A DNA stretch of 63,614 nt, the filler included, from Conidiobolus incongruus B7586 (taxonomy: Eukaryota), in assembly GCA_000697335.1 (NCBI GenBank). It is 21 parts of 21 records of this genome, joined end to end, with 100 filler letters (N's around TTAATTAATTAA, not from the genome) between each part and the next. Parts side by side here need not be neighbours in the genome. Positions count along the whole stretch, not along the records: positions 12,471 to 15,223 come from JNEM01004181.1; positions 15,324 to 16,685 come from JNEM01004182.1; positions 16,786 to 18,711 come from JNEM01004185.1; positions 18,812 to 20,321 come from JNEM01004186.1; positions 20,422 to 23,007 come from JNEM01004188.1; positions 23,108 to 25,265 come from JNEM01004189.1; positions 25,366 to 26,516 come from JNEM01004192.1; positions 26,617 to 27,628 come from JNEM01004193.1; 13 more parts are not named here. One strand, given 5' to 3'. The position numbers were made by a program, and so were the translations under genes. Positions 13,671-27,988 of this stretch are shown piece by piece. Under the pieces are notes generated by a model. It was given only the letters and a program-made list of their open reading frames with translations. It made no database searches and was not told where the DNA came from. The first letter of the stretch is position 1; each line of letters opens with the position of its first letter.

Positions 13671-14489
13671 TTTTTAAATTCTTATATATATTTCTTTATA
13701 ATTCAATTAACTATAAATTATATAATTAATTGATACTTTTATAACTGAATTAATTATATAAATAGTATTGAGTTATTTAATAAACTAAGTTTTTCTTTTT
13801 CCTCTTAATTCTTACTATTTTTTATTTTTTATATTATTTCTAAGACTGAGATTATATTTTATTAATATTATAGTTTATTGGCATTACCTATTATAAATCT
13901 AATATATCAATGACTTATCTTAGTTTGAAGCTTAATTAAACTTTGTTTATATTTATATACTACAACTATATTATAATATCATATTCTATGTTACATTATT
14001 TTTATAATAATTCTTCCTTTATATTATATCAATATTTTACTATTATACTTATAAAAGAAATTATTAAATTATATATTATATTAATTTTTACTTTTTATAT
14101 ATTAAAATATTTATTTTTTTTAATTATAAAAAATTCCTATTATTTAAATTACAAAGTAATATTATTTATATATTTTATTTTCTTTAAATAAAAAGCTATA
14201 ATAACCAAAAACTATATATTATTAATTATATTTTGAATTTAAAAACCATTTAAAATAAATCTTTTTTATTAAACTTATATAATATTAAGGATAAAATATT
14301 TAAATCAATTATACTAACCTATAGAAATAGCTTATAAAATTAAAAATATAAATATTTTTATCAATATCTTAATTAATTAAACTAATATTAGACTATATAG
14401 TTAATATATATTTTTTATTTATAATATAATATATAAAATTAAATTTTATTAATTATTATTTGATATACTAATATTAAAAATATATTTAA

Positions 14490-15223
14490 AATTATTTATA
14501 AATTTGTTATTTATAATATTAATTGAAAAGTTAATATCTAATATATCTATTTTGTGCTTTTCTAACCTCTTTAAGTTTTTAAGGTATAAAGTCAACTAAT
14601 TTCTTAAATTAAGTAGGACTAATATTATTCTAAGCTTTTTTAATATATATTTAAAATTAATTTAAATTTTTTGCTAAGGGGAAAGCTTTAATTAATTTTT
14701 TTGTTATTTCTAAAGATATTTAATCAAGATCAGATTAAAGAATTAAAATGATTATTTTATAATAATTATTTTGTTACTTTTAAACAATTTAACAATAATA
14801 ATAATAATAAAATAAAAGTTATTATCTGGATAGAAAATAATATATTATTTTTTCAATTAATATAATTTAATAGTTTTTTTAATTTATTAGATATAATACT
14901 TTAATATGTTTTGATATTAATTCCTTTATTAATTCTATAAAGATATCATATACCTAAAACTAATATATATCCTTGGAATAAAATTAACCAATTATATTTT
15001 TGGTTAAAATTAATATAATAGTTATAAAGTAGTTTTATATTTTTTTGAAATATCTAGTATTTTTATTAAATTTACTAAAATATATGAATGTTTTATGAAA
15101 TTAAATAACCTTATTCTAATTATTTTTAGTTTAATATTAATAGTGATATTTAATCTCTTATATAGCTTTATATTAGACTTTTTTAATTAAATAAGTTTTT
15201 TTAATATATATTTAGTATTAATT
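14490..15223 (-). mobile_element. Tc1-like family B fragment
   Basis: Colinear with 17250-17995. Confidence 0.8.
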
Positions 15224-15323
15224 NNNNNNNNNNNNNNNNNNNNNNNNNNNNNNNNNNNNNNNNNNNNTTAATTAATTAANNNNNNNNNNNNNNNNNNNNN
15301 NNNNNNNNNNNNNNNNNNNNNNN

Positions 15324-16685
15324 TATTATTTGAAAATAAATAAATATATTTAGATATATTTAATAAATTATTAGCAAAAATATTAACCCTTATTATTTAA
15401 CTTAGGTGAGTTATAAATTTGTGGGTTTTTGAGATAAAAGGATATATTTAACAATATATAACTATATTTTTTTTCTCTTTATATTATTATATTAATATCT
15501 GTTTTTAAAAAAAATTCATTTATATATTAATTAATTTATAAAGAAGGTAAATCAATTTATGATATTATTAGAATTGTTAGTGTTAGCTAGTTTTTTATAG
15601 TTAACATCATTTAAAATAATAATAAAGATATATTTAAACTTAAACATAAGTATATTAAAATTATAAATAAATATGATAAGAAATATATTTATAGGTTAGT
15701 TAACATAGGCAAATATAATATTATTATAGAAATATAACAGGAATTATAAGACTATACAAGAATATTAATTAATACTAATATTATTATATTTATTTTATAT
15801 TAATATTGATATTACTTATATTTTAAAAAAAAACACCCTTAATTAAAGAGATCTTATTATAAAGCTAGATAGGAGTTTCAATATTATTATTGATATTAAA
15901 CTAAAATTAATTAAAATAAAGTTATTTGGTTTAATAAAACAAAGATATACTATAATAAATCTAATAAAAAAGTTAGATATTTTAGAAAAGATACAAAATT
16001 ACTTTATAACCATTATATTAATTTTATCTAAAAATATAATAATAGGTTAATTATTATTTAAGAATATATATTGTCATTAAATATAAAATATCTTTGTGAA
16101 GTTAGTGAGGGAATTAATACTAAGATATATTAAAATATTCTAAATGATAAATTGAAAAAACTATTAAATTATATAAGTTAAACAAATCTAATATTATTTT
16201 CTAACAAGATAATATTTCTTGTTATATTATAGCTTTTTTTACTAAATAGCTTAAAAACAACAAAGTAATAGTTATAAAATAACCTTTTTAATCTTTTAAC
16301 TTTAACTTAATTAAATATCTTTAAAATTAGTTAAAAATAGCTTTTAAAGCTTTTCCCCCAATAAAAGATTTAAATTAATTTTAAAAATATATTTAAGAAT
16401 TATAAAATAAGATTAACCCTTCTTAATATAAGAAGTTAGTTGATTTTATACCCTATAGATTTCAAAAAGTTAAAAAAGCTAAAGGTGGATATATTAGGTT
16501 TTAATTTTTTTTCATTATCAAAGACCTATAAATTTATAACTCACCTTAGGTAAAATTTAAGGATTGATATTTTAAACAATTAATAACTAAATATCATGAT
16601 TTAATAACTTATATTTTTAATTAATAGATTTTAATTATTTAATATAAGTTTATTTTATTAAACATTAATCAAGTTACTAGTAAAA
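15324..16685 (+). mobile_element. Tc1-like family B copy, outer TIR ends in gaps
   Basis: Inner terminal motif AGGTGAGTTATAAATTTGTGGG at ~15404 and its inverse at ~16525-16546; DDE relic motifs. Confidence 0.88.
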
Positions 16686-16785
16686 NNNNNNNNNNNNNNN
16701 NNNNNNNNNNNNNNNNNNNNNNNNNNNNNTTAATTAATTAANNNNNNNNNNNNNNNNNNNNNNNNNNNNNNNNNNNNNNNNNNNN

Positions 16786-18697
16786 TATAATAATTGAAAA
16801 TATATAAAATTAAAAATATATATATAAAATAACTATAACCAATAATTATATTTAATATATTTATCTTAATATAACCTATTTAGTTATAATTTTTTTGGAT
16901 AATTAAATAATCAACCTATAAAAAAACTCCTATAAATAATTAAGTTAATTTATTAAGTATTAAATATACTGATATTTAATATAAAAGACTATTTTTTAAA
17001 TAATTAAAAAATAATAATAAAAGTGAGTATTAATAAATATTAACAAAAAATTTAATATATTATATACTAGCTTGCAAAAATAAATTATAAATTTATAATT
17101 ATATATATTATAATCAAAATTCTGTTAATTGTTATTCAAATTAATTTGAATTAAAATATATAATAAACTTAGATTATTTATTTATAATTAAGTATATTTA
17201 ATTCAATTATATTAACTTTTAGTTAATATATTAAAATTTAAATTTTATATAAGATAAGTTATAAATTTGTGTATTTTAGTTATTGAAAGAAAATTAATAC
17301 TTAGTATATCTATCTTTTGCTTTCCTAACTTTTTTAAGTTTATGGGGTATAGAGTCAACTAACTTCTTATATTAAGAAAGATTAATTTTATTCTAAGCTT
17401 TTTAAATATATTCCTAAAGCTTATTTAAATTTTTTGTTGGTGGGAAAAATTTAACTATTTTTTTAACTAATCCTAAAGATATTCAATTAGATTAAAGTTA
17501 AAAGATTGAAGAGGCTACTTCATAACTATTATTTTATTATTTTTAAACCATTTGGTGGTAGAAATTATAATATAACAAAAGATATTATCTTGTTAGAAAA
17601 TAACATCTGATCTATTTAACCTATACTATTCAATAGTTTTTTTAATTTATTATTTAGAATATTTTAATATATTTAAATATTAATTCCCCTATTAATTTTA
17701 CAAAGATACTTTATATTAAAAGATATTATATATCCCTAAATTATAATTAACCTACTATTATATTTTTAAGTTAAAATAACATAATAGTTACAAAGTAGTT
17801 CTTTGTTTTTTCTGAAATATCTAGCTTTTTTCATTAAATTTACTAAGATATATTTTTTTTTATTAAATTAAATAACTGTACTCTAATTAGTTCTAATTTA
17901 ACTTTAGTGTTAACATTTAAACTCTTACCTAGTTTTATAATAGAACTTCTTTAGTTTAGGGTGTTTTTTTTAAAATGCAAGTAGTATCTATTATAATGTA
18001 AAATATGTATAATAGTATTAATACTAACTAATATTCTTATATAGTCTTGTAATTCTTTCTATATTTCTACAGTAGTATTATACCTATCTATACTAACTAA
18101 CCAATAAATATATCTTTTATCATGTTTATTTATAATCCTAGCATACTTAGGTTTAAGTTTAAATATATCCTTACTATAATTTTTAACAGCTTTAGCTATA
18201 ATAGACTAGTTAGCACTAAAAATTCTAGCAATCTCATAAATTGATTTACCTTTATTATAAAGGTAATTAATACACAAGTAAATCTTTTTAAAAAGGGATT
18301 TAAGTATTTTAATACTAAAATTACTTAAAATAATAATTTACAATAATAATATTAATATATATATATATATATATAGTTCAATAAAGAAAAGATTTAAGTA
18401 ATTTTTGTTTTATATACCATTTTAACTTCTAAACATGTAAATTTATAGCTTACCTTATTTAAAATTTAAGATTTAATTTATTAACCAATAATAAATGAAA
18501 TATAATTAAATATAACCTATTATAATTAGGTAATATTCTTTAACTATATATTTTAATTTAAATCAATTTATTTAAAAATTATTTAAGTTAAAGGTAAATA
18601 TATAAGTGATTTTTATTTTATAATTTATTTTTGCAGGCTAGTTTATATCTACTCAAATAAAATTTCAAAATTATACCATGATTTTAATTAATATAAT
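16786..18697 (+). mobile_element. 3' part of a mariner A copy (16786-17064 plus 18644-18697) split by a family B insertion
   Basis: YNLFSYNFFG*LNNQ relic at ~16870; right-TIR-like AAATTATACCATGATTTTAATTAATATAATA at ~18668-18698. Confidence 0.55.
17065..18643 (-). mobile_element. Full-length (~1580 bp) Tc1-like element, variant B2 with ~220-bp TIRs
   Basis: Ends TACTAGCTTGCAAAAATAAATTATAAA / TTTATAATTTATTTTTGCAGGCTAGTT; minus strand reads *PLQSFNFNLIEYL* (NPIE-type). Confidence 0.9.
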
Positions 18698-18811
18698 AGA
18701 ATCATAATTATNNNNNNNNNNNNNNNNNNNNNNNNNNNNNNNNNNNNNNNNNNNNTTAATTAATTAANNNNNNNNNNNNNNNNNNNNNNNNNNNNNNNNN
18801 NNNNNNNNNNN

Positions 18812-19806
18812 ACAAGAATTATAAAACTATACAAGGATATTAATTAATATTAATATTATTAAATATGTTTTATTTTAATATAAATATTACTTATACCTTA
18901 AGAAAAAACAGCTTTAATTAAATAAATCATATTTTACAACCAAATAAAAGTTTAAATATTATTATAAATATTAAATTAAAATTAATTAGAATAAGGTTAT
19001 TTAATTTAATAAAACAAAAATATAGTTTAGAGGATTAAATAAAAAAGCTAGATATTTTAGAAAAGATATAGAATTAATTTATAACCATTATATTAATTTT
19101 ACCAATAAGTATATTAATAAATAAATTATTCTTTAAGGATATATATTATCTTTAAGTATAAGATATTTTTATAAAGTTAATAGGGGAATTAATATTAAGA
19201 TATATTAAAATATTCTGAACAATAAATTGAAAAAAATCATTGAATAATATAGGTTAAACAAATTTAATCTTATTTTTTAGTAAGATATTGTTTTTTGCTA
19301 CATTATAGCTTATACTACCAAATCACTTAAAAATAATAAAATAATGGTTATAAAATAATTTTTTTAAACTTTTAACTTCAATTTAATTAAATAATTTCAA
19401 AATTAATTAAAAAGTTAGTAAAATATTCTCTTTAACAAAAGATTTAAATCATTTTTAAAAATATATTCAAGAAGTATAAATTAAGATTAACCTTTTTTAA
19501 TATAAAAAGTTAATTGATTTTATACCCTATATACTCAAAGAAATTAGAAAAGCTTAAGATAGATATATTAAATTTTAATTTTTTTTATCATTAAGAACCT
19601 ATAAATTTATGTCTTACCTCAGGTAAAATTTAAAAGTTTATATTTTAACCAATTAATATTTAAATATTATAATTATATAAATTATGTTATTAATAAATAA
19701 AGTAAATTTTAACTATTTATTTTAGGTTTATTTATTAAATATTAATTAAGTTATTACTAAAAATATAAGTGTTTTTGATTTTATAACTCATTTTTGTGGG
19801 TTACCA
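18812..19806 (+). mobile_element. Tc1-like family B, 3' two-thirds with right TIR
   Basis: Ends TTATAACTCATTTTTGTGGGTTACCA; colinear with 4260-5259. Confidence 0.86.
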
Positions 19807-21220
19807 TATATTTAATAGTTTTATTAATAAATTACCTATATTTAACCTTGATATCATTGATTATAATAAATATATTAATTTAATAACCATTTGAAAATAA
19901 TAGATCAATTTATTTTGAAAAATATTCAATTTTAATCAAATGTCAATTATATTAAATTTTATATTATATTTAATTTAAAAGATATTCAAATAGTTACAAA
20001 ATAAAGATATTAATTTAATTAAATAATCTCTTAAATATAAGACTAATATGATTATCTATATAAAATAATTTATTTTTAAAATTATTATTTAAAAGTTAAT
20101 TTAAATCTATAATATTTTTATATACAACTTTTATAAAATATAATCAATTAATTAAAGTTTTAGCAATATTATATTAAAGCTACCTATATTTTTTAATATT
20201 AATTATATTTGATATATATCTAAAATCTAAGTTTTTTTGATATTTCAATATTTTGCTTAATTAACCAAAAAATTTCAAAAAAATCTAAATATCAATAGAA
20301 ATTAAAAAAAATAAATATTATNNNNNNNNNNNNNNNNNNNNNNNNNNNNNNNNNNNNNNNNNNNNTTAATTAATTAANNNNNNNNNNNNNNNNNNNNNNN
20401 NNNNNNNNNNNNNNNNNNNNNAAAATTAAATAAGAATAATAATAAAAATTAGGTTTTAATATTAAATATTTTCTAATGAATATTTAATATTAATTTTGAA
20501 TAAAATAATTTATTTATATATTATTTATTGATTTTGATAAATTTTAAAAGTTTTTGATTTAGTTTTAATATTAAAAAAGATAAAAAACTTTAAGATTATT
20601 TTTTAATTTAATATTAACTTACTAAATATAAAATTATAATAACAAATATAATATAAAATCAGTATATATATTTATATATTTTTTATAATAATAAGTTTTA
20701 TTTATTTTATAATAAATTTAATCTTAAAAAAACATTAATATATTTGAAATATAAGTAATAAAATATAATTTATTAAGTATTATTCAGCGTAATAACTTTT
20801 AAATTTATATAAATGATAATTATAATAACTAAATAGGTTACTTTGGTATATTTTCTAATATTTAATTATTATATAAAAATTATACTATTTTGAGTAATTT
20901 CAGAGGCTTTTTTTACGTGTTCTTATATAGCCTTATTATAAGTAATATTATAATAAACTTTTAGCAATATATCTATCTTTTAATATAATAGTAATAATTC
21001 ACGATATTTCAATTTTGAATTTGGAAAGATATAATGATATATATAAAAAATAGGGCTCACGACTCATTATTCGAATAATATAAGGACTCCAAGAGCTTAA
21101 TTAAGGTAAAATATTTCCAAAACTCTAAAGAAAAGTGGAGTAGTTATGTTGATTAGGAAAATATGCTTCAATGTCAACTTTAAAGCTATTATTCAAGAAT
21201 TGGCCTTTTATTTTATAATA

Positions 21221-22493
21221 TTAATATGTAAATTAAAAAATGGCAAATTTTTTAATTTCTAATTTTTCAAATATATTTTGATTATTGAATAATTATCTAT
21301 ATTCAAAAAATACAGGGAAAAAATACTTTTAAACTATATATATTTGAATAAATTTATAATTTTAAATTTCCTAATTTTTAATTCTATAGTTAAATTTAAT
21401 TTTATTCAAATTTAATAATAATTATCAAATGGCTTTTATTTTTATATTTTTGAAACTTAACTATAAACTTATTATAGTAATTTAAAGCTCTCAAATAGCT
21501 TATAAAGATGATATTTTATCTAAAATAACCATATATTATTAAATTTGTAATTTAAAAAATAAAAGGGAAATTATTTAAATTTTATTAAGATTTAAAAAAC
21601 TAAATTCTATTGTTATTTCTCTATTTCCAAAAAAAAAATACAATAATAAACCATTTAATTTTTGAATATATAATTTTCAAGATAATTTAATATTAATTAT
21701 AAAATTATATTATTTATATATTTAAATTTAAACCTAAATTAATCAAAAAAATATAAATATCTTAATAAAAACCTAGAAATAAATTAAAATAGCTATAATT
21801 AAACTATACTTATTAAAATTATAACAAAATAATTTTTTATAATAAATACCTATAATTACAAGATTTTAATTTTTTTATATAATTTTTAATTTGATAATAT
21901 AATAAGATATTAGGTTATACTAAATAAATTCTTTTATTAATTTGAATAAAATAATATTTTAAATGAAAATATATATTAATTATTATAATAGATTATAATA
22001 TTATATATTTTTTATTTAATATCTTAAAGAAGATCTATTAATAATAAACTTTATATAGTTTTTTAATTAGAAGAAATTTTAAATAATATATTTTATACAT
22101 ATTAAAGATATTGATTAATTTGCATAATAATTGCAAATTATATAAAACCAAAACTAAAAAAGTATATTTAAACAGTTATATAAAGCTATTATTTCCAATA
22201 TATTCATCTAATTATAACTTATAATATTATAATTACTTTAAATATTTAAAAAAAAGTTTGCAAGGAAAAAATTCCTGAAAACGAATTAATTTGCTTATAA
22301 AACATCAAATATCAGTCTTTAATTAAAAGAATTATATTTTAAAATCAGATGCTTATTAATAAAATAAAAAAAAGCTATTAATAATAAAAGAATTTTATTG
22401 ATATTAAATATTTATTAAATTTAATATTATAATAATTAATTTAGTAATTGAGTTTTAATATAAAATTTAGCCATTGTTTGACATTTATATTAA
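21221..22493 (+). mobile_element. Full-length (~1270 bp) mariner A, more diverged copy
   Basis: Left TIR TTAATATGTAAATTAAAAAATGGCA; LHNNCKL and YSSNYNL relics; right TIR-like AGCCATTGTTTGACATTTATATTAA. Confidence 0.85.
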
Positions 22494-23107
22494 AAATAAA
22501 CACCATAATAATTATTTATTTTATTTTTTATTTTAAATTAAATAAATCCATTTAAATTAAAATTAAATCAATTTTCCAAAAATTTAAAGTATAAAAATTA
22601 ATATATATTATAAAATCATTATTTATCATTTTTTTTGAATATTTTATATTATTTGTTTATTAGAGTTTTAATATTTAAAAAATCACTCCTTTTATCCAAA
22701 ACTGATTTTTAATTTTTTATTAACAAAATAAATTTTTTTATGAACTATTTCTCCTTTTAGCAGATTTTTTAATTATCTGAAATATTTAAATCATTAAAGT
22801 TATAATATAAATATATATTATATTTGGCAATTTTTCCTTATTATTGTTCATTAGAAAATATTTTAGAAAATTAATTATATATATTATATAATTACTATAC
22901 AAAAAAATAAATGTATTTAGATTATATTAATTAAATTAATTATTAATCATTTATATAAAAAAAAGTATAACATATATTATCCATTAATTTTTATAAAAAT
23001 TATTAAANNNNNNNNNNNNNNNNNNNNNNNNNNNNNNNNNNNNNNNNNNNNTTAATTAATTAANNNNNNNNNNNNNNNNNNNNNNNNNNNNNNNNNNNNN
23101 NNNNNNN

Positions 23108-24160
23108 ATAGGTTATAATCAAGTGAATATACTAGATATAGTAACTCCCTCTAATTTTTTTTATATAAAAAATCTTTTATAGCTTTAACTTTATATATTT
23201 AATAATTATAATATAAAATAATAAGTATCCCTAATTTATATTAAAAACACTATTTAAAAATTGTTTTAATTAAAAAAGTAATATATAACTTATTATTAAT
23301 TGATTTTTCTTAAGATATTAAATAAGAAAACTATTTACTATTATAATCTATTATAACAATTAACATTTATTTATATTTAAAGTATTTATTCATTAGAATT
23401 TGTAAAGGGGATTAATTTAATTTAATATTTTGTTTTTTTTAAATAGAAGATTATATAAAAAAATTTAAAATTTATTAATTATAAGTATAAATTATAAGTA
23501 TTCATTGTAAAAACCTCTATTTTTAGTTATACTTTAATAAGTTTCATTTAATTATAACTACTTTAATTTTCTTTTAGGTTTTTGTTAAATTATAAGATAT
23601 CTATTTTATATTTTTATTAATTAATCTAAATTTAAACTTAAGTAAATATAGTATGCTTATATAATTAACATTAAATTATTTTAATAATTCTTTAACAGAA
23701 ATAAAAAGATATTTCTTAATATATTTTTTTACTTTATTAATAAATAAAAGAATAATAGAAATTAATCATTTAAATTTTAATAAATTTTAAATAATGTCCT
23801 TTCTAGCTTTAAAATCACAAATTTAGTGATATATTGTAGTTTTAGATAAAATACTATCTTTATAAGCTATTTGTAAGTTTTAGATGATTTTAAAGGGTTT
23901 ATAATTAAGTTTTAACGATATAAAAATAAAAGCCTTTTAATAATCATAATCTAATTTAAGCATAATTAAATTTAAGTGTAAATTTTAATATCAAAATATT
24001 TTAATAAAAAAAATAATTAAAATTAAATATATATATATATATATAATTTGGAAATATTTATTTTCCTATATATTTTATATATATATAATTTTTCAAAATA
24101 TATAATATGTTTGAAAAATCAAAAATTAAAAGATTTGCCATTTTTTAATTACTATTCTAA
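23108..24160 (-). mobile_element. Mariner A copy, 3' end in gap
   Basis: Reverse complement of 7691-8740; left TIR TTTGCCATTTTTTAATTACTATTCTAA|TA. Confidence 0.88.
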
Positions 24161-25365
24161 TATAATATCAAGTATTATTGTGTTATTAATTTATTATAGT
24201 TAATAACAACTTATATTAATATTAACTCAATCAATCTTTTAATTTTTTTATCTATTATTTCATCTATTTAAAATTTTTGTCTTTTATTTTTTTGATCATA
24301 TTAGATTGTTCAAAATTTAATTATATTATATTTATTAAATTAAAAATTTTTTACTTTATATTTAGTCATAATTTAAATTTTCAATCTTTATAATATTTTA
24401 ATAAAAAAATTTATTTTAACAATATTAAGAATACTTATTATATAATAAATTATTATATTTTAAATATTGTTGTGTTTTTATATTAAGTTTTATAAATATA
24501 GGTTATACTTAGAAAAGTACTTAAAATATAATATAATAAATTATTTATTAATCATGCTTTTTAAAATATTAGGACAATAGGTTCAAAATTTTACTATTGA
24601 GATATTATAACAAAATATTTAAAAAGAACAAAAATTTTCTCAATTATCTTTATCTTTTCTGGGTTATAATAATTAATTAAATGAATGATATAAGATTTGA
24701 ATATAATCTAATAAAGAAAACAAAATGAACAAAAAATATCCTTCAATTATAAACTGGTAAAGCTATTTTAAATTAGAAATAATATTGGTTAAACTATTAT
24801 AATAAAATAAAGAATTAGATTTAAAATATAACAATATAATAAATATAATAAAAAATTAATAATTTATTTTAATTATTTTAATATTCTATTTAAATAAAAT
24901 TTATTTTAATATTATTATTAACTATGAATTATAATTGAAAAATTTTATATTTCTTTATTTTTAATTAGCTTATTAAAATTTATTTTTAATAAAAACAAAT
25001 TAATATCATTTTTGAATTTATTATTGATATTATGATTTCCACCTTCTTTTTTCAATAAATTTATATTATATTATAAATATTACAAAATTAAATAATTATT
25101 ATTTTCCTTTAATTTAATTAAATTTCAAAATTTATATATTAATTTTTATTATTAAATATTAATATTTCAGCTTTTATAAATTAAGAAAATAAATATATTT
25201 TTTTAAAATTTTATATTTTTAATAATCTAAGGTAAATTTAATTATATAATTCAAAATTTAATAAANNNNNNNNNNNNNNNNNNNNNNNNNNNNNNNNNNN
25301 NNNNNNNNNTTAATTAATTAANNNNNNNNNNNNNNNNNNNNNNNNNNNNNNNNNNNNNNNNNNNN

Positions 25366-26517
25366 ATAAATATTTTAATATATAAAAAATAAAAATAAAT
25401 ATATAATATAAAATTAATAATTTCTTTTATTTTTAATAATTTTTTTCCTATACTTTTAATAAAGATTTAATATTTAAAAAATAATTCTTTTTATTAAAGA
25501 CTGAAATTTGATGTTTTATAAATCAATTAAATTTTCCTATAGAAATTTTCTTTCTTATAAGCTAGTTTTTTAATTACCTAAAACAATTATAATCACATAG
25601 GTTATAATCTAAAGAATATATTATATATAGTAGTTTTTTCCAGTTATTTTTACTTAAAAAGTTTTTTATAACTTTAGATTTATGTATTTTATAATTACCA
25701 TGTAAAATAATAGGTCTTCTGAAATTATATTGAGAATACTAATTAGAAATAATTTTATTTAAAAAAGAAATATAAAATTTATTATTAATTAATTTTCCTT
25801 TAAAAACTAAATAAAAATGGCATATATTATTATAATCTATTATAATAATTAATATTCACTTATCAATAAAGTATTTATTTAAAGGAATTTATAAAAGGGG
25901 TTGATTTAACTTAATCTAACACTTTGATTTATATTTTAGTAAAGGATTATACAAAAAAATTTAAGATTTATCAATTGTAATAATTCACTATAAAAGCTTT
26001 AATTTCTAATTATACTTTAGTAAATTCTATTTAGAAATAGCTACTTTAGCTTTTTTTTAAGTTTTAGTTAAATTATAAAATACCTATTTTATATTTTTAT
26101 TAATTAATTTTAATTTAAACTTTAATATATATAAAATACTTATATGACTAATATTAAAATATCTTAATAATTGTCTAGTTGAAATAAAAAAGAACTTTTC
26201 AATATATTTTTTTACTTTATCAATAATTAAATAAGTAACAGTTGAAATTAGTTTTTTAAATTTTAATAGGTTTTAGGTAGTTTCTCTTCTAGCTTTAAAA
26301 TAATTTACTTAGTAATAAATTATTGATTTAGATAATACTTTATTATTAAAAGCTATTTATAAATTTTAAATGATTTTAGAAGGTTTATGGTTAAGTTTTA
26401 TTAATACTAAAATAAAAAACTTTTGATAGTTACTATTTAATTTAAATATGATTAAATTAAATAACTAATTTTAAAAAATTATTTTTTAATCAAAAAAGTT
26501 ATTATATATATATATAN
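25366..26517 (-). mobile_element. Mariner A copy
   Basis: Minus strand has YSLDYNLCDYNCFR*LK and FTW*L* relics; colinear with 9175-10480. Confidence 0.88.
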
Positions 26518-26616
26518 NNNNNNNNNNNNNNNNNNNNNNNNNNNNNNNNNNNNNNNNNNNTTAATTAATTAANNNNNNNNNNNNNNNNNNNNNNNNNNNN
26601 NNNNNNNNNNNNNNNN

Positions 26617-27628
26617 TATATTAATTTTAGTTGATATATTAAAATGTAAATTTTATCTAAGGTGAGTTATAAATTTGTGTATTTTGGTTATAAAAATATT
26701 ATAACTTAATATATATATCTTTTATTTTCTTAAATTACTTAAGTTTATAAGGTATAAAGTTAATTAACTTCTTATATTAAGAATAATTAATTTTGTTTTA
26801 AGCTTTTTAAATATATTCTTAAAGCTTATTTAAATCTTTTACTGGTGGAAAAATTTTAACTATTTTTTTAACTAATTTTAAAGGTGTTTAATTATATTTA
26901 AGTTAATAGATTAAAGAAACTACTTCATAATTATTATTTTATTATTTTTAAAACATTTGGTAGAAGAAATAATAATATAACAAAGGGTATTATCTTGTTA
27001 GAAAATAATATCTGATTTATTTAACTTATATTATTCAATAGTTTATTTTTAATTTTTTATTTAAAATATTTTAATACATCTTAATATTAATTCCCTTATT
27101 AACTTTATAAAAATACCCTATACTAAAAGATAACATATATTCTTAAATTATAATTAACCTATTATTATATTTTTAAGTTAAAATAATATAATAATCACAA
27201 AGTAATTCTTTGTTTTTTTTAATATCTAACTTTTCTATTAAATCTACTAAGGTATATTTTTGTTTTATTAAATTAAATAACCTTACTCTAATTAGTTTTA
27301 ATTTAACTTTAGTGATGACATTTAAACTCTTACTTAACTTTATAGTAAGATTTCTTTAATTAAAGGTGTTTTTTCTTAAAATGTAAGTGGTATTTATTAC
27401 AATATAAAGTATATATAGTATTATTAGTATTAACTAATATTCTTATATAATTTTATAATTCTTTTTATACTTTTATAATATTATTATATTTACTTATATT
27501 AACTAACTTACAAATATACTTTTCATTATTTTTACTTATAATCCTAGTATATTTAAGTTTAAGTTTAAATATATCTCTACTATAATTTTTAACAATCTTA
27601 ATTATAATAAACTAACTAACACTACTAA
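26617..27628 (-). mobile_element. Tc1-like family B2 copy, ends in gaps
   Basis: Colinear with 17210-18220. Confidence 0.86.
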
Positions 27629-27988
27629 NNNNNNNNNNNNNNNNNNNNNNNNNNNNNNNNNNNNNNNNNNNNTTAATTAATTAANNNNNNNNNNNNNNNN
27701 NNNNNNNNNNNNNNNNNNNNNNNNNNNNAATATTATAACTAATTTTATAGGTTAATATAAAAATATAAATTATAAATATATTAAATTATATTAATAATAA
27801 TAAAATAAAAATATGTTTTTTATTAACTGATAGCTAAATTTGAATTTATTCAGATTAGTTTTATATAATAATTAAAATTAAAATATATTATCTAATTATA
27901 TTTATTGACTATTATTTATAAATATTTAATATTTTTTGTATATAAATATTTTAATATTTATTTAAATTAAATTTTAATTATTTATATA

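Noticed and set aside
6185..14191. ORFs 6185-6418, 12814-13041, 13943-14191 as genes
   Set aside because: I/K/N/F/Y-rich products of AT-rich DNA; 12814 is a mariner remnant.
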